Shown one piece after another: positions 41,101 to 54,813 of a DNA stretch of 64,000 bases. This stretch comes from a bacterium (GTDB taxonomy: Bacteria; Patescibacteriota; Dojkabacteria; JAKAPS01; JAJZLI01). The translations under genes and the position numbers were made by a program. The notes beneath the pieces were generated by a model. That model was not told the origin of the DNA and searched no databases. It saw only the letters and a list, made by a program, of their open reading frames with translations. Location of the stretch: assembly GCA_021785355.1 (NCBI GenBank), contig JAJYFR010000001.1, positions 199,096-263,095 of the forward strand, written 5' to 3'. The first letter of the stretch is position 1. Each line of letters begins with the position of its first letter.

Positions 41101-41391
41101 ATGAAAGTAAATATTAGTAAAGATGATATTGTAAAGATTTCTAATCTGGTAAGATTGGACCTAGATTCGGATAAAATAGAAATTTTTAGAGAGAATATTT
41201 CGGATATAATAAATTATCTAGATTCTATAGATTCTATAGATACATCTTCTCAAGAAAGTTTTTTTGAAGTAAATGATATAGAAAATAGTTTTAGAGAAGA
41301 TAATATACTGGATCCAGATGATTTTGATTTTATATGTGAGAATGCTATAGATATGGAAAATGGATATTTTAAAGTAAAAAAAGTTCTATGA
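41101..41391 (+). CDS. gatC: Asp/Glu-tRNA amidotransferase subunit C
   Basis: ISKDDIVKISNLVRL, FRED, GYFKVKKVL; precedes gatA; ATG 41101. Confidence 0.9.
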   Translation: MKVNISKDDIVKISNLVRLDLDSDKIEIFRENISDIINYLDSIDSIDTSSQESFFEVNDIENSFREDNILDPDDFDFICENAIDMENGYFKVKKVL

Positions 41392-42773
41392 AAGTTTCAT
41401 TATTAAAAGAAAATTTGAGAAGTAAAAAGATATCTCCTAAAGAAATATTAGAAGATTATTTTAAAAAAGCTAAAGATATAAATGCTGATATTAATTGTTT
41501 TATTAAATTAGAAGAAGAATATACCTATTCTCATTTAGATTTTGATAATTATGAAGATAATTTATCTTTTATTCCTGGAGTGATAAAAGATAATATTAAT
41601 ATAAAGAATACTATTACTACAGCAGGATCTCAGATATTAAAAAATTATAAGTCACCATATAGTGCTACTGTAGTAAAAAAATTGGGTAATTTTTCGTTAA
41701 TAGGAAAAGGAAATATGGATGCATTTGCATTTGGATCTTCTACTGAAAATTCAGGATATGGTCCTACTCTGAATCCTCTGGATAAAAATAAAGTACCAGG
41801 AGGTTCTTCTGGAGGAGTTGCAGCAGCTGTAATGGCAGGCGCTAGTGCATTTGGAATAGGAACAGATACAGGAGGTTCAGTAAGACAACCTGCTTCATTT
41901 TGTGGAATTGTTGGTTTAAAGCCTACATATGGCCTTTGTTCTAGATATGGTCTTATAGCAATGGGGTCATCTTTTGATGTTCCTGGAATTCTTGCCGAGG
42001 ATGTTTTAGATACAGCAATAGTTTTAAATTCAATTGCTGGATTTGATATAAAGGATTCAACTTCTATAAAAGTGAAAAAAGAAGATTATACAAAATTTAA
42101 AGATGTGAAGAATAAAAAAGTTGGGATATTAAAATTTCCAAAAGAAGGAATATCTGAAGATGTTCTCAATGCTTTTGATGAAACAATAGATTTATTAAAA
42201 AAATCTAATATAGATATAGTTGAAATTGACATGAAATATATATCACATTCTCTTGCAGTATATTATATACTTGTTCCTTCAGAAATTAGTGCTAATATGG
42301 CTCGATTTGATGGTATTAGATTTGGTTATCATCCTAAAGGAGAGTTTAAAGATTTATTAAATTTCTACAAAGATGCAAGATCTGAATTTGAGGATGAAGT
42401 AAAGAGAAGAATTATGATAGGTGCTTATACTCTATCTCAAGGTTATTATGATGCATATTATAATAAAGCTCTTAGAGTTAGAAATATAATAAAACAAGAA
42501 TTTAAAGATGTATTTGGAAAAATAGATTTTTTACTCTCACCAACAACACCTACTCTACCTTTTAATATAGGAGAGAAAACTAAAGATCCTTTATCTATGT
42601 ATCTTTCTGATATATTCACGGTACCTGTAAATTTAGTTGGATATCCTTCAATATCTATTCCTAATAAGAAAATTGGAAATCTTTTTTCTGGATTACAAAT
42701 AATATCAAGACCATTTGAAGAAAGTAATTTATTATCTTTTTCATATTTTTTAGAAAATAAACTATGGAAATAA
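41388..42773 (+). CDS. gatA: Amidotransferase subunit A
   Basis: IKDNI, PGGSSGG, GTDTGGSVRQPA, EVKRRIMIG. Confidence 0.97.
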   Translation: MKVSLLKENLRSKKISPKEILEDYFKKAKDINADINCFIKLEEEYTYSHLDFDNYEDNLSFIPGVIKDNINIKNTITTAGSQILKNYKSPYSATVVKKLGNFSLIGKGNMDAFAFGSSTENSGYGPTLNPLDKNKVPGGSSGGVAAAVMAGASAFGIGTDTGGSVRQPASFCGIVGLKPTYGLCSRYGLIAMGSSFDVPGILAEDVLDTAIVLNSIAGFDIKDSTSIKVKKEDYTKFKDVKNKKVGILKFPKEGISEDVLNAFDETIDLLKKSNIDIVEIDMKYISHSLAVYYILVPSEISANMARFDGIRFGYHPKGEFKDLLNFYKDARSEFEDEVKRRIMIGAYTLSQGYYDAYYNKALRVRNIIKQEFKDVFGKIDFLLSPTTPTLPFNIGEKTKDPLSMYLSDIFTVPVNLVGYPSISIPNKKIGNLFSGLQIISRPFEESNLLSFSYFLENKLWK

Positions 42774-44200
42774 AAACAATAGTTGGATTAGAGATACATG
42801 TACAATTAAAAACAAAAACCAAGATGTTTTGTTCTTGTGAAGCATCATATTTTGAAGATAAGGCAAATACTCATGTTTGTCCAGTATGTTTGGGTCTACC
42901 AGGAGCATTACCTGTACTAAATAAAGAAGCTTTAATAAAAGCAATTAGAGTTGGAAAAGTACTTAATTTTACTATTAATAATAGGTCTAGATTTGACAGA
43001 AAAAACTATATGTATCCTGATTTATTTAAAGGTTATCAGATTACTCAATTTGAATTTCCTATTGATACAGATGGTTTTATTGATTTAGATAATAATAAAA
43101 GAATAAATATATTCAGAGCTCACCTAGAAGAGGATACAGCTAAATCTTTACATCATGAAGGATATACACTTTTAGATGGAAATAAAGCAGGTATACCTCT
43201 TTTAGAGATAGTATCTGCTCCTGAAATGTATTCTAGTAAAGAAGCAAAAGAATATGCAAAAAAGGTTTATAATTTGGTAAGATTTGTAGGTGCATCAGAT
43301 TGTGATATGGAAAAAGGACAAATGAGATTTGATGTAAATGTAAATTTAGAAATTCATAAAGAAGGAAAAATATTTAAAACCCCTATAGTTGAAATTAAAA
43401 ATTTAAACTCATTTAGATCTTTAGAAAGATCTATAGAATATGAAGAGAAAAGACAATTGGAAGAATTTGAAAAAACGGGAAAAGTTCTAGATAGAGGAAA
43501 TAAGAGTACTAGAGGTTGGAATGATAATTTATCGAAAACATATTTCCAAAGAGAGAAGGAAGAAAGTGATGATTATAGATATTTTCCAGAACCCGATATA
43601 CCTCCTTTAAATTTGTCTGACGGATTTATATCAAAGGCTATAGAATCAATAGATGTACTACCTCAAGTAGCCCAGAAAAAATTAGAAGAAGAATATTTAC
43701 TTCCCCACTCTATTGTTATTCTCATTATGGAAGAAAGAAAATATTATGATTTTTTCCAAAGGATAACCACTTTATATAAGAATTATATAAATTTAGCAAA
43801 TTGGTTTTCTACCGATATTCTTTCTTTAGTAAATCAATATAATATAAATCTTTCTGATATTAGTACAGATGAAATAGTTAAGATATTAACTGCTGTAGAT
43901 AAAAAAGAAATCACAGTGTCTACAGGTAAACAAATACTAAAGAGTGTTCTTATTGATAAGGATGATATTGATATACTTTTGGAGAAAAATTCTTTAATAT
44001 CAGATCAAGGTAAATTAGATGAAACAGTTAAAGAAGTTCTAGATAAAAACCCTGATATTATAGAAAAATATTTATCAGGAAAAGAAAGTATTCTAAGTTT
44101 TCTTATAGGGGAAGTGATGAAGATTCTAAAAGGTAGAGCTAATCCTTTAGAAGTGAAAAACAAAATTCTTGATGGTATATCAAAAATTAAATCTAATTGA
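42764..44200 (+). CDS. gatB: Amidotransferase subunit B
   Basis: GLEIHVQL, FDRKNYMYPDL, HLEED, EIKNLNSF, DYRYFPEPD. Confidence 0.97.
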   Translation: MEIKTIVGLEIHVQLKTKTKMFCSCEASYFEDKANTHVCPVCLGLPGALPVLNKEALIKAIRVGKVLNFTINNRSRFDRKNYMYPDLFKGYQITQFEFPIDTDGFIDLDNNKRINIFRAHLEEDTAKSLHHEGYTLLDGNKAGIPLLEIVSAPEMYSSKEAKEYAKKVYNLVRFVGASDCDMEKGQMRFDVNVNLEIHKEGKIFKTPIVEIKNLNSFRSLERSIEYEEKRQLEEFEKTGKVLDRGNKSTRGWNDNLSKTYFQREKEESDDYRYFPEPDIPPLNLSDGFISKAIESIDVLPQVAQKKLEEEYLLPHSIVILIMEERKYYDFFQRITTLYKNYINLANWFSTDILSLVNQYNINLSDISTDEIVKILTAVDKKEITVSTGKQILKSVLIDKDDIDILLEKNSLISDQGKLDETVKEVLDKNPDIIEKYLSGKESILSFLIGEVMKILKGRANPLEVKNKILDGISKIKSN

Positions 44201-44283
44201 TTATTAATTTTGATTTTGTTATATTGATATTATATATGATGCCCAACATATAAAGTTTTTTTATTCTATTTTAAATTTTAAAG

Positions 44284-47200
44284 ATGTCTGATTTTACTCA
44301 TCTTCATCTACATACAGAGTATTCCTTATTAGACGGGATGAGTGGAATCAAACCTCTTATTAAAAGAATAGCAGCATTAGGAATGGATAGTTGTGCTATT
44401 ACTGATCATGGAGTTTTATATGGAGCTCATGAATTTTATGAAGAATGTAAAAAAAATGGAATAAAACCGATAATTGGATGTGAAATATATATATCCCCTA
44501 CTTCTAGATTTGATAAAAAATCGAATAAATATTCTCATTTAGTATTATTAGCAAAGGATAATATAGGATATAAAAATTTAATTAAAATAGTATCTGATGC
44601 TTCCTTAAATGGTTTTTACTACAAACCTAGAACTGATTTAGAATTTTTAAAGGAACATTCTGAGGGTTTAATAGCTTTATCTGGTTGTTTGTCTGGAGAT
44701 ATATCTAAAGCTTTTTTAGATGGAGATAAGGAAAAAGCCTATGAGTATGCAGAAAAATTTATAGATATATTTGGTAAGGATAATTTTTTTATAGAATTAC
44801 AAAGAAATGGTGTTAATGAAGATTTTGATATAGAGGATAAATTAATTTCATTATCAAAAGATTTAGGTGTAGATATAGTTGCAACTGTGGATTCTCATTA
44901 TATAGATAAAACAGATAGTAAAGCACATGAAGTTTTATTATGTATAGATACAGGAAAAACAATAGACGATGATACTCGAATGAAATTTGATTCTGATGAA
45001 TTTTATATAAAATCTCCTAAAGAAATGAGTAAGATATGGAAGGATCATCCTGAAGCTGTCTCTAATACTAAAAAGATCAAAGATTTATGTAATGTAAGTA
45101 TAGAATTTGAATCGTTTATACTGCCTCATGTAGATATACCACAAGGATTTGAGAGTTATGATAATTATCTGAGGGAGATATCTTATTCTAGAGGTATAGT
45201 AAGATTAGGTAGAGAGCTTAATGAAGATGAGATTAAAAGAGTAGAATATGAATTAGAAGTTATTGCACAAAAGGGATTTTCTAGTTATATGTTAATGGTA
45301 TCTGATTTTACTGATTTTTTAAGAGAGAATAATATACCAACTACTACAAGGGGTTCTGCTGCAGGAAGTTTTGTTGCATATTTAATAGGAATAGTTCCTA
45401 TAAATCCATTAATATTTCAATTATCTTTTGAGAGGTTTTTGAATCCTTTAAGACCAAAAGCTCCTGATGTAGATTTGGATATTGCTAGTGCTAATAGAGA
45501 TCAAGTTTTAGATTATGCAATACTCAAATATGGAGATAAAAGAGTTTCTCAAATAGTAACATTTGGAAGAATGAAGGCAAGAGCTGCAATAAGGGATGTG
45601 GGTAGAGTTTTAAAAGTACCATTACCTACTGTTGATAAAATCGCAAAATTGATACCACAAGGAAGATTTTCTATACAAGAAGCTTTAAAAAAGATACCAG
45701 AATTAAAAGAATATGCAGATAAAGATCCTTTGATACAAAATATGTTAGATATAGCGCATAGGATGGAAGGCATAGCTAGACATGCATCAATTCATGCTTG
45801 TGGAGTGTTGATAACTCCAGATGATTTAACAGAGCATGTTCCTATCTTATTTGATAGAAAAACATCAAGGTTAGTATCTCAGTATAATATGGTTACGTTA
45901 GAAGAAATAGGTTATATGAAAATGGATTTTTTAGGATTAACAAATTTAGATATTATAGCTGAAACTCAAAAATTAATTTTTAAGGATTTAAAAGAGACAA
46001 TTAATTTTGATCTAATTGATTATGAAGATAAAAAAACATATAAATTATTGCAATCTGGAGATACGTTAGGTGTTTTTCAATTAGAAAGTAGAATCATGAA
46101 AGATGCTATTAAAATATTAAAACCTGAGACAATATTTGATATTGCAGCTTTAATTGCATTAAATAGACCTGGTCCTATGGCTAATATACCTCAGTATGCC
46201 GCAAGGAAAGATGGAAAAGAAAAGATAGAGTATTTAGATCCTAGAATGGAGGGTTATCTTAAAAGAAGTTTTGGAGTATTAGTATACCAGGAAGATTTGT
46301 TACGAACGGCTATAAATTTAGCTGGATTTGATTGGGGAGAAGTTGATAAATTAAGAAAAGCAACTGGAAAAAAGAAACCAGATATTTTATTAGAATTAAA
46401 AGATGAATTGATAAAACGTTTTATTGATAATGGTATGAAGAAAGATGTTGCAGAAAAGTTATTTGAGTTATTTCTTCCCTTTGGAAATTATGCATTTAAT
46501 GAAGCACATGCTGCTTCTTATTCTGTTATCTCTTATAGAACAGCTTACCTAAAAGCTAATTATACGGTTGAATTTATAGCTGCCCTACTCCAATCTAATT
46601 TAGGTAATTTAGAAAAGATATCAGAAATTGTATTAGAATCTGAAAAAAGAAAGATAAAAATATTGTCAGTAGATGTAAATAAAAGTGAAATTGAATTTAG
46701 TATAGAAGATGGCAATATTAGATTTGGTCTTAATAGTATAAAAGGTCTTTCTTCAAATACCACAAAAGTTATTATTGATGAAAGAAAATCTTCGGGAAAA
46801 GAATTTAGCTCAATAGATGATTTTCTTACAAGGATAGATCTTTCACATTTTAATAAGAAATCTTTTGAAGTATTAATAAAATCAGGTGCAATGGATTCTT
46901 TTGGATCTAGAGCTTCTTTATTGGCTTCTTTTGAGAGCATATTAGATATGTATCAGAAAAGACGAAAAGAGACTAATCAAATTGGTTTTTTTGATAATTT
47001 TGAAGATAATTCTTTTATGAAAATTACTCTTAAAGATGTTAAAGAAGTTAGTAATACTCAGAAAGCATTGTGGGAAAAAGAATTAATAGGGATATATATA
47101 ACTGTGCATCCTTTAAAGAAATTTTTAAATTATTTTAAAATAAATAATATTTTGAGTATAAGAGATCTTGCTACTCATAAAAATGGAGAGAAGGTTATGA

Positions 47201-47712
47201 TAGGAGGTATATTGCAAAATATTAATCATTATACTACTAAAAAAACTGGTAAGAGAATGTTATTTGCAAAATTAGAGGATACAACTTCTTCTTGTGATGT
47301 AATAATATTTCCAGATGTTTATGAAAAAATTAAAGATAAAATATTAGAAAATGGTAGTATTGTTGTTTTAAATGCTCTATTAGAAACTGTTCAATCTGAT
47401 GAAGAAGATGAGAATATTGAGTATAAATTAATAGTGAATGATATACAAAATATAACAATAAAGGATGTTAAGAATAATAAATCTATCAAAAAAATAGAAT
47501 TAAATATTCCTCATAATATGACAAAAGAAAAATTATTAGAATTAAATATAGCTATCAATAAATATATAGGAGGAGAGACAATAGTTGCCTTAAGAATTAT
47601 GAAAGATGAGGAAGAAAAAATACTTAATCTTAAGAATAAGGTTAAATTTTCTCAAGATTTGCTTTCTAATATATCAGGAATCATAGGAGATAGTGCTATA
47701 AATATTTTTTAA
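44284..47712 (+). CDS. dnaE: DNA polymerase III alpha subunit
   Basis: HLHTEYSLLDG PHP domain, RGSAAGS, PDVDLD, KMDFLGL, FNEAHA; no intein evident. Confidence 0.98.
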   Translation: MSDFTHLHLHTEYSLLDGMSGIKPLIKRIAALGMDSCAITDHGVLYGAHEFYEECKKNGIKPIIGCEIYISPTSRFDKKSNKYSHLVLLAKDNIGYKNLIKIVSDASLNGFYYKPRTDLEFLKEHSEGLIALSGCLSGDISKAFLDGDKEKAYEYAEKFIDIFGKDNFFIELQRNGVNEDFDIEDKLISLSKDLGVDIVATVDSHYIDKTDSKAHEVLLCIDTGKTIDDDTRMKFDSDEFYIKSPKEMSKIWKDHPEAVSNTKKIKDLCNVSIEFESFILPHVDIPQGFESYDNYLREISYSRGIVRLGRELNEDEIKRVEYELEVIAQKGFSSYMLMVSDFTDFLRENNIPTTTRGSAAGSFVAYLIGIVPINPLIFQLSFERFLNPLRPKAPDVDLDIASANRDQVLDYAILKYGDKRVSQIVTFGRMKARAAIRDVGRVLKVPLPTVDKIAKLIPQGRFSIQEALKKIPELKEYADKDPLIQNMLDIAHRMEGIARHASIHACGVLITPDDLTEHVPILFDRKTSRLVSQYNMVTLEEIGYMKMDFLGLTNLDIIAETQKLIFKDLKETINFDLIDYEDKKTYKLLQSGDTLGVFQLESRIMKDAIKILKPETIFDIAALIALNRPGPMANIPQYAARKDGKEKIEYLDPRMEGYLKRSFGVLVYQEDLLRTAINLAGFDWGEVDKLRKATGKKKPDILLELKDELIKRFIDNGMKKDVAEKLFELFLPFGNYAFNEAHAASYSVISYRTAYLKANYTVEFIAALLQSNLGNLEKISEIVLESEKRKIKILSVDVNKSEIEFSIEDGNIRFGLNSIKGLSSNTTKVIIDERKSSGKEFSSIDDFLTRIDLSHFNKKSFEVLIKSGAMDSFGSRASLLASFESILDMYQKRRKETNQIGFFDNFEDNSFMKITLKDVKEVSNTQKALWEKELIGIYITVHPLKKFLNYFKINNILSIRDLATHKNGEKVMIGGILQNINHYTTKKTGKRMLFAKLEDTTSSCDVIIFPDVYEKIKDKILENGSIVVLNALLETVQSDEEDENIEYKLIVNDIQNITIKDVKNNKSIKKIELNIPHNMTKEKLLELNIAINKYIGGETIVALRIMKDEEEKILNLKNKVKFSQDLLSNISGIIGDSAINIF

Positions 47713-48288
47713 AAAAGTTTTTCTGTGTAATTTTGTAATACCAAATTTTTTTATAGCATCTATATGAACTTTTGTACCATATCCTTTGTTTTTTTCAAAT
47801 TCATATTGAGGAAATGTATCTTTTAGAGAGGTCATATATCTATCTCTGGTCACCTTTGCAATTATAGATGCTGCTGCTATTGAATAATGAGTAGAATCTC
47901 CTTTTATTACTGTATTATAAGAGGGTATATTAAATTTTTTTTTAAATATTCCATCAATTAATGTTTTGTCTGAGGCATTATTCAATGCACATTTTTCAAT
48001 TAATATATTGATACATTCAACTATTCCTACGTCATCTATTTTCTTATTTGAAAGAGAATATACTTTATATAAGGAAGGATCCTCGGTTAAAAATTGATAA
48101 AGATACTCTCTTTTTTTTTCTGATAACTTTTTAGAGTCATTAACCTCTTTATGAATTATTGTCTTATTATTTATTTTATATGAAGCTACAAATAGAGGAC
48201 CTGCTAGAGGTCCTCTTCCCACTTCATCAATTCCTTGTAAAGATAGATTATTATTTACTGTTTTTTTCTCTATCTTGCTTAGTAACAT
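47674..48288 (-). CDS. rnhB: Ribonuclease HII
   Basis: [40 protein letters not shown]. Confidence 0.96.
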   Translation of the reverse strand: MLLSKIEKKTVNNNLSLQGIDEVGRGPLAGPLFVASYKINNKTIIHKEVNDSKKLSEKKREYLYQFLTEDPSLYKVYSLSNKKIDDVGIVECINILIEKCALNNASDKTLIDGIFKKKFNIPSYNTVIKGDSTHYSIAAASIIAKVTRDRYMTSLKDTFPQYEFEKNKGYGTKVHIDAIKKFGITKLHRKTFLKNIYSTISYDS

Positions 48289-48628
48289 TTTTAATTAACA
48301 TAGCTTTTTTACCAATTCTACTTCTCATATAGTTTAATTTAGCTCTTTTTACTTTTCCATTTTTAATAATTTCAATTTTTGAAAGATTAGGAGAATGTAT
48401 TGGAAATATTCTCTCTACTCCTATATCTTTAGATATTTTTCTTACAACTATATTCTCATGAGTACCATTATGTTTTCTAGCTATAACAATACCTTGAAAT
48501 ATTTGAATTCTTTCTTTATTACCTTCTATTATTTTTGTATGAACTTTAACTGTATCACCTACTTTTACAAGTTTTCTTTCATCTATAATATGTTTTTCTT
48601 CAATTTTATTTAATAATATTGTATTCAT
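48251..48628 (-). CDS. rplS: 50S ribosomal protein L19
   Basis: [29 protein letters not shown]. Confidence 0.96.
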   Translation of the reverse strand: MNTILLNKIEEKHIIDERKLVKVGDTVKVHTKIIEGNKERIQIFQGIVIARKHNGTHENIVVRKISKDIGVERIFPIHSPNLSKIEIIKNGKVKRAKLNYMRSRIGKKAMLIKNVTKQDREKNSK

Positions 48629-48891
48629 TTAGGGATTATGTCTATTGCAAATTTATCTCTTTTATCTTTTGTCATTCTTCTGAATTTAACTAAACCTTCT
48701 ATTTTAGAGTATATTGTGAAATCTCTTCCAATACCTGTATTAACACCAGGGTAGAAACTTGTACCCTTTTGTCTAACAATGATTTCTCCAGATTTTACAA
48801 ATTCATTTGCAAATCTTTTAACTCCTCTTCTTTTACCGGCGACATTACCACCTTGATTGGCTTTTCCTCCGCCTGCTTTTACATGTGCCAT
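48625..48891 (-). CDS. rpmA: 50S ribosomal protein L27
   Basis: [31 protein letters not shown]. Confidence 0.96.
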   Translation of the reverse strand: MAHVKAGGGKANQGGNVAGKRRGVKRFANEFVKSGEIIVRQKGTSFYPGVNTGIGRDFTIYSKIEGLVKFRRMTKDKRDKFAIDIIPK

Positions 48892-48894
48892 AAT

Positions 48895-49890
48895 TTAAAA
48901 TTTTTCAAAAATAAAAATCTCTCTTCTTACTACAGCTTTTTCTCTATAGTAATCAAATTTATCTAATTTGTTAACTAATTTATTCTCAAATAAAAAATCT
49001 GAGGGAATTATAGATATTTTTTTTAAATTTCCAAATTCCATTTCTCTAGCTTTAAGATATATTATATCATGTTTTGTCTTAAAACTTGGTATTATTATAA
49101 CTAATCTTTGATTATTTTTCAAAATTTTAGATAAACTTCGAATACTACTCTGGATTAATTTATCTACACTAGCTATTATTTTAGCATTTCTTACGTTTTT
49201 TTGCACGGGTTTTGACCATGATTTACCTAAAAAGGGTTCTGTTACTATTGATATATTTTCATCTTTATTTCTTAGCTGTTCTGCTAAAGAAGATGCATTA
49301 TTTACAAATACCTCACTTTTGTTTTGAATACTGTATTCTTCAGATGCCCATTTAAGGTTCTTTTTAGTACCTAAAACTGCATCTTTACTTATATCTGAAC
49401 CTATTACTCTATATCCTTGAATTAGAGCTTCTATAAGAATTGTTCCTGTTCCACAAAAGGGATCATAAATTGTTTGAGTATCTTGAGTTATAGCTAAATT
49501 CAGCATTATTTTAGCTAATTTAGAAGGTAGCATTCCATTTTTTGCTTCAACATAGGGTTTATCTAGCTCTTTTCTTTCAAAATCTTTTATATTTTGTTTT
49601 ACTATGTTAGTTCCATATGCAAATTGAGTATTGTCTATATTTATTTTTTCACTAGTTTTTATTCTTCTAGCATCTTCTTTATCTACAATACTTTCTACTT
49701 GAAAAATTTCTACTACACCTCCAAGTATTTTTATCAATATATCAATATATACAACGCTTTGAAGTTTTATAAAAAGTATTTGTTTATTTGCAATTATAAC
49801 TTCAAATTTTATATTCTTACTTTCCATTAAAGAATATATTTCAGCTATCGAGAGCAAAGGATTTTTTCCGAGTTTAAAGATAAGTTGCAT
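48895..49890 (-). CDS. Trm11/TrmG10-like SAM-dependent RNA methyltransferase
   Basis: GMLPSKLAKIMLNL, YDPFCGTGTILIE, GSDIS, VTEPFLG. Confidence 0.8.
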   Translation of the reverse strand: MQLIFKLGKNPLLSIAEIYSLMESKNIKFEVIIANKQILFIKLQSVVYIDILIKILGGVVEIFQVESIVDKEDARRIKTSEKINIDNTQFAYGTNIVKQNIKDFERKELDKPYVEAKNGMLPSKLAKIMLNLAITQDTQTIYDPFCGTGTILIEALIQGYRVIGSDISKDAVLGTKKNLKWASEEYSIQNKSEVFVNNASSLAEQLRNKDENISIVTEPFLGKSWSKPVQKNVRNAKIIASVDKLIQSSIRSLSKILKNNQRLVIIIPSFKTKHDIIYLKAREMEFGNLKKISIIPSDFLFENKLVNKLDKFDYYREKAVVRREIFIFEKF

Positions 49891-50205
49891 TTAGAGAGTA
49901 TCTATTTTAACTTTTAAATAATTTTGTCTATGTCCTATTCTTCTTCTATATCTTGATTTAGCTTTGAATCTAAGTATTCTTATCTTATCTCCTTTAATTT
50001 GTTCTATAACACTTCCCTTTACTTTAGCATTTTTAACAAAAGGTTTTCCTACATTAACAGTATCACCTTTTTTTGTTAATAATACATCATCAAATTCTAT
50101 GCTATCGTCTTTTTTGAATCCTTCTATGAGTTCTATATCAATAATATCATCTTTTTTGACAACATATTGTTTTCCTCCTGTTTGTATTACTGCTAAATCA
50201 TTCAT
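49891..50205 (-). CDS. rplU: 50S ribosomal protein L21
   Basis: AVIQTGGKQY, GKP, GHRQ. Confidence 0.97.
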   Translation of the reverse strand: MNDLAVIQTGGKQYVVKKDDIIDIELIEGFKKDDSIEFDDVLLTKKGDTVNVGKPFVKNAKVKGSVIEQIKGDKIRILRFKAKSRYRRRIGHRQNYLKVKIDTL

Positions 50206-50286
50206 TTTGATATTTATTATAAGTAAATATTATATACTAGATATAGTATATTTTGCAAATTTAATACTATAATATGATATTAAATT

Positions 50287-50694
50287 TCATATACTCTTTC
50301 TATGTTTATGATATGTAGATAAATGTAGAGAATAAAGCTTAATATGTGATTTTATTCTTCTTGTTTCTTTAATATTTTCTAAAGTTTTTAATTGTTCTTC
50401 TAATTTTTCTTTTTCCTTCTCTATTTTTTCTATATCAATTTCATGTAAAAATACTCCTGATATAACATTAATAATAGTTTCATTAAGTGAAGTTCTAAGC
50501 ATTCCTTCTGATATTGCCATTATATTCTTTTTATTATTATTATCGGTGAAACTCAACTCTCCTAATGATAAATTTAGTATCATAGGAGAGTGATCTGGAT
50601 ATATGCCATATTCTCCATTTATAGTGGGTACATATACGTCTTTTACTTCACCTTTAAATATTTCCTTTATAGGAGATAATATTTTTAATTTCAT
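50287..50694 (-). CDS. atpC: ATP synthase epsilon
   Basis: ILSP, GEYGIYPDHSP; last gene of the atp operon. Confidence 0.9.
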   Translation of the reverse strand: MKLKILSPIKEIFKGEVKDVYVPTINGEYGIYPDHSPMILNLSLGELSFTDNNNKKNIMAISEGMLRTSLNETIINVISGVFLHEIDIEKIEKEKEKLEEQLKTLENIKETRRIKSHIKLYSLHLSTYHKHRKSI

Positions 50695-50695
50695 A

Positions 50696-52944
<2,249 letters not shown>

Positions 52945-52952
<8 letters not shown>

Positions 52953-54456
52953 AATTCTTTGAGAATTCTGAAATAATACTAATTAATTTAGTTTTTATAT
53001 CTTCTGTAAGATCTTTTTTCTCTCTGATCTCTTTTAGTACTTCTTTATGCATATTTTCAAAAACCTCATGAAGTTTCTCTTCAAAAGTAGGAATATCATT
53101 TGTATCTATATGATCAGTAAAACCTTCTGTTACAGCAAGAACTGATATTACTTGTAATTCTAGTGGTATAGGTAGATAAGGTTTTTGTGTTAATATTTTA
53201 GTTAATCTATCTCCTCTTGAGAGTATTTTTTTTGTATTTTCATCTAAATCAGAACCAAATTGAGAAAAAGCTGCAAGATTTCTAAATTGTGCAATTTCTA
53301 GTTTTAATGACCCTGCAACTTTCTTCATTACTTTTTCTTGTGCATTACTACCTACTCTAGATACAGAAGCTCCTACATTTATAGCAGGTCTTATTCCTGA
53401 ATAAAATAAATCAGATTCCAAATATATTTGTCCATCTGTGATAGATATTAGGTTAGTAGGAATATATGCAGAGATATCTCCTGTCTGTGTTTCAATTATA
53501 GGTAAAGCTGAAAGAGATCCTCCACCGAGCGAATCATTTAGTTTAGCTGCTCTTTCTAGTAATCTGGAATGTAGATAAAATACATCACCTGGATATGCTT
53601 CTCTACCAGATGGTCTTTTTAATATCAAAGAAAGTTGTCTATATGCCCAAGCATGTTTAGTAAGATCATCATAGATGACTAAAGCATCCATTCCATTATC
53701 TCTAAAATATTCTCCTATACTTGCAGCTGTATATGGAGCCATATATTGCTCTGTAACAGGAGATGAAGCTGGTGCGTTGACTACTATTGTGTATTCCATA
53801 GCTCCTTTTTCTTCTAGTTTTGATACTAATTGAGATACTTTTGAATTTTTTTGACCTATTGCACAATATATACAAAATACATTTTTACCTTTCTGATTTA
53901 TTATTGTATCAATAGCAATTGTAGTTTTTCCTGTATTTCTATCTCCAATTATAAGTTCTCTTTGTCCTCTACCAATAGGAATAAGAACATCGATTGCTTT
54001 TATTCCTGTTTGAAGAGGAGATCTTACTCCTTTTCTACTAATTACACCTGGTGCAACTTTTTCAACTTCAGAGCTATAATCTGATTCTATTTCACCTTTT
54101 CCATCTATTTCTTCACCTACTCCATTAAGTACTCTTCCTAAAAGAGCTTTACCTATTTTTGTAGAAAATATTTCTCCTGTTGTTTTTACAATATCTCCTT
54201 CTTGAACTTTAGTATAATCTCCAAATATAATAATGGATGTCTCATCTTCTTTAAGATCCATAGCCATAGCTATGATATTAGTCTTATCCTTAGTTTCAAT
54301 TATAACTTTCTCTCCATTTGCAACGTCCATAAGCCCAATAACACTTGCAATTCCATCATATACAGCTTGTACTTCTCCTATTTTTTCTTGAGAAAATCTT
54401 GTATCTATTTCATTTATTTTATTTTTTAATTGTACTAATATGTCCTTACTATCCAT
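52945..54456 (-). CDS. atpA: ATP synthase alpha
   Basis: GRGQRELIIGDRNTGKT, REAYPGDVFYLHSRLLERA. Confidence 0.98.
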
Positions 54457-54459
54457 AGT

Positions 54460-54813
54460 TTATTTTAATTTTAAAGATTTAATTTTTTCTAAATTATTAC
54501 TCACAGAAGAGTTAAATATATTCCAGTTTTCTTTTATTTTTATACCTCCTATAAGATTTTTATTCTGAGAGAATCTATATATATTAGGATTATTCATAAT
54601 ACTTAATATATCTTTTTTCTCAATTGAATCCTGAGGATATTCTATTATAACTTCTTTTTCTTTTATAATAGAATATATTTTATTATATAATTTTTTTGAT
54701 AAATTTCTTTGTAAAATTCTTTTTTCTATAATTTTACTGAGTAATTCTAAATCAACATTATTTTTAGAAACTATACTATCAATAACAATATCTATTATTT
54801 TATCATTTTTCAT
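54460..54813 (-). CDS. atpH: ATP synthase delta (short)
   Basis: Position between atpF and atpA; C-terminal NLIGGIKI...SSV...L motif. Confidence 0.75.
   Translation of the reverse strand: MKNDKIIDIVIDSIVSKNNVDLELLSKIIEKRILQRNLSKKLYNKIYSIIKEKEVIIEYPQDSIEKKDILSIMNNPNIYRFSQNKNLIGGIKIKENWNIFNSSVSNNLEKIKSLKLK

Noticed and set aside
44284-47712. Intein in DnaE
   Set aside because: Length and motif spacing are normal; no splice motifs seen
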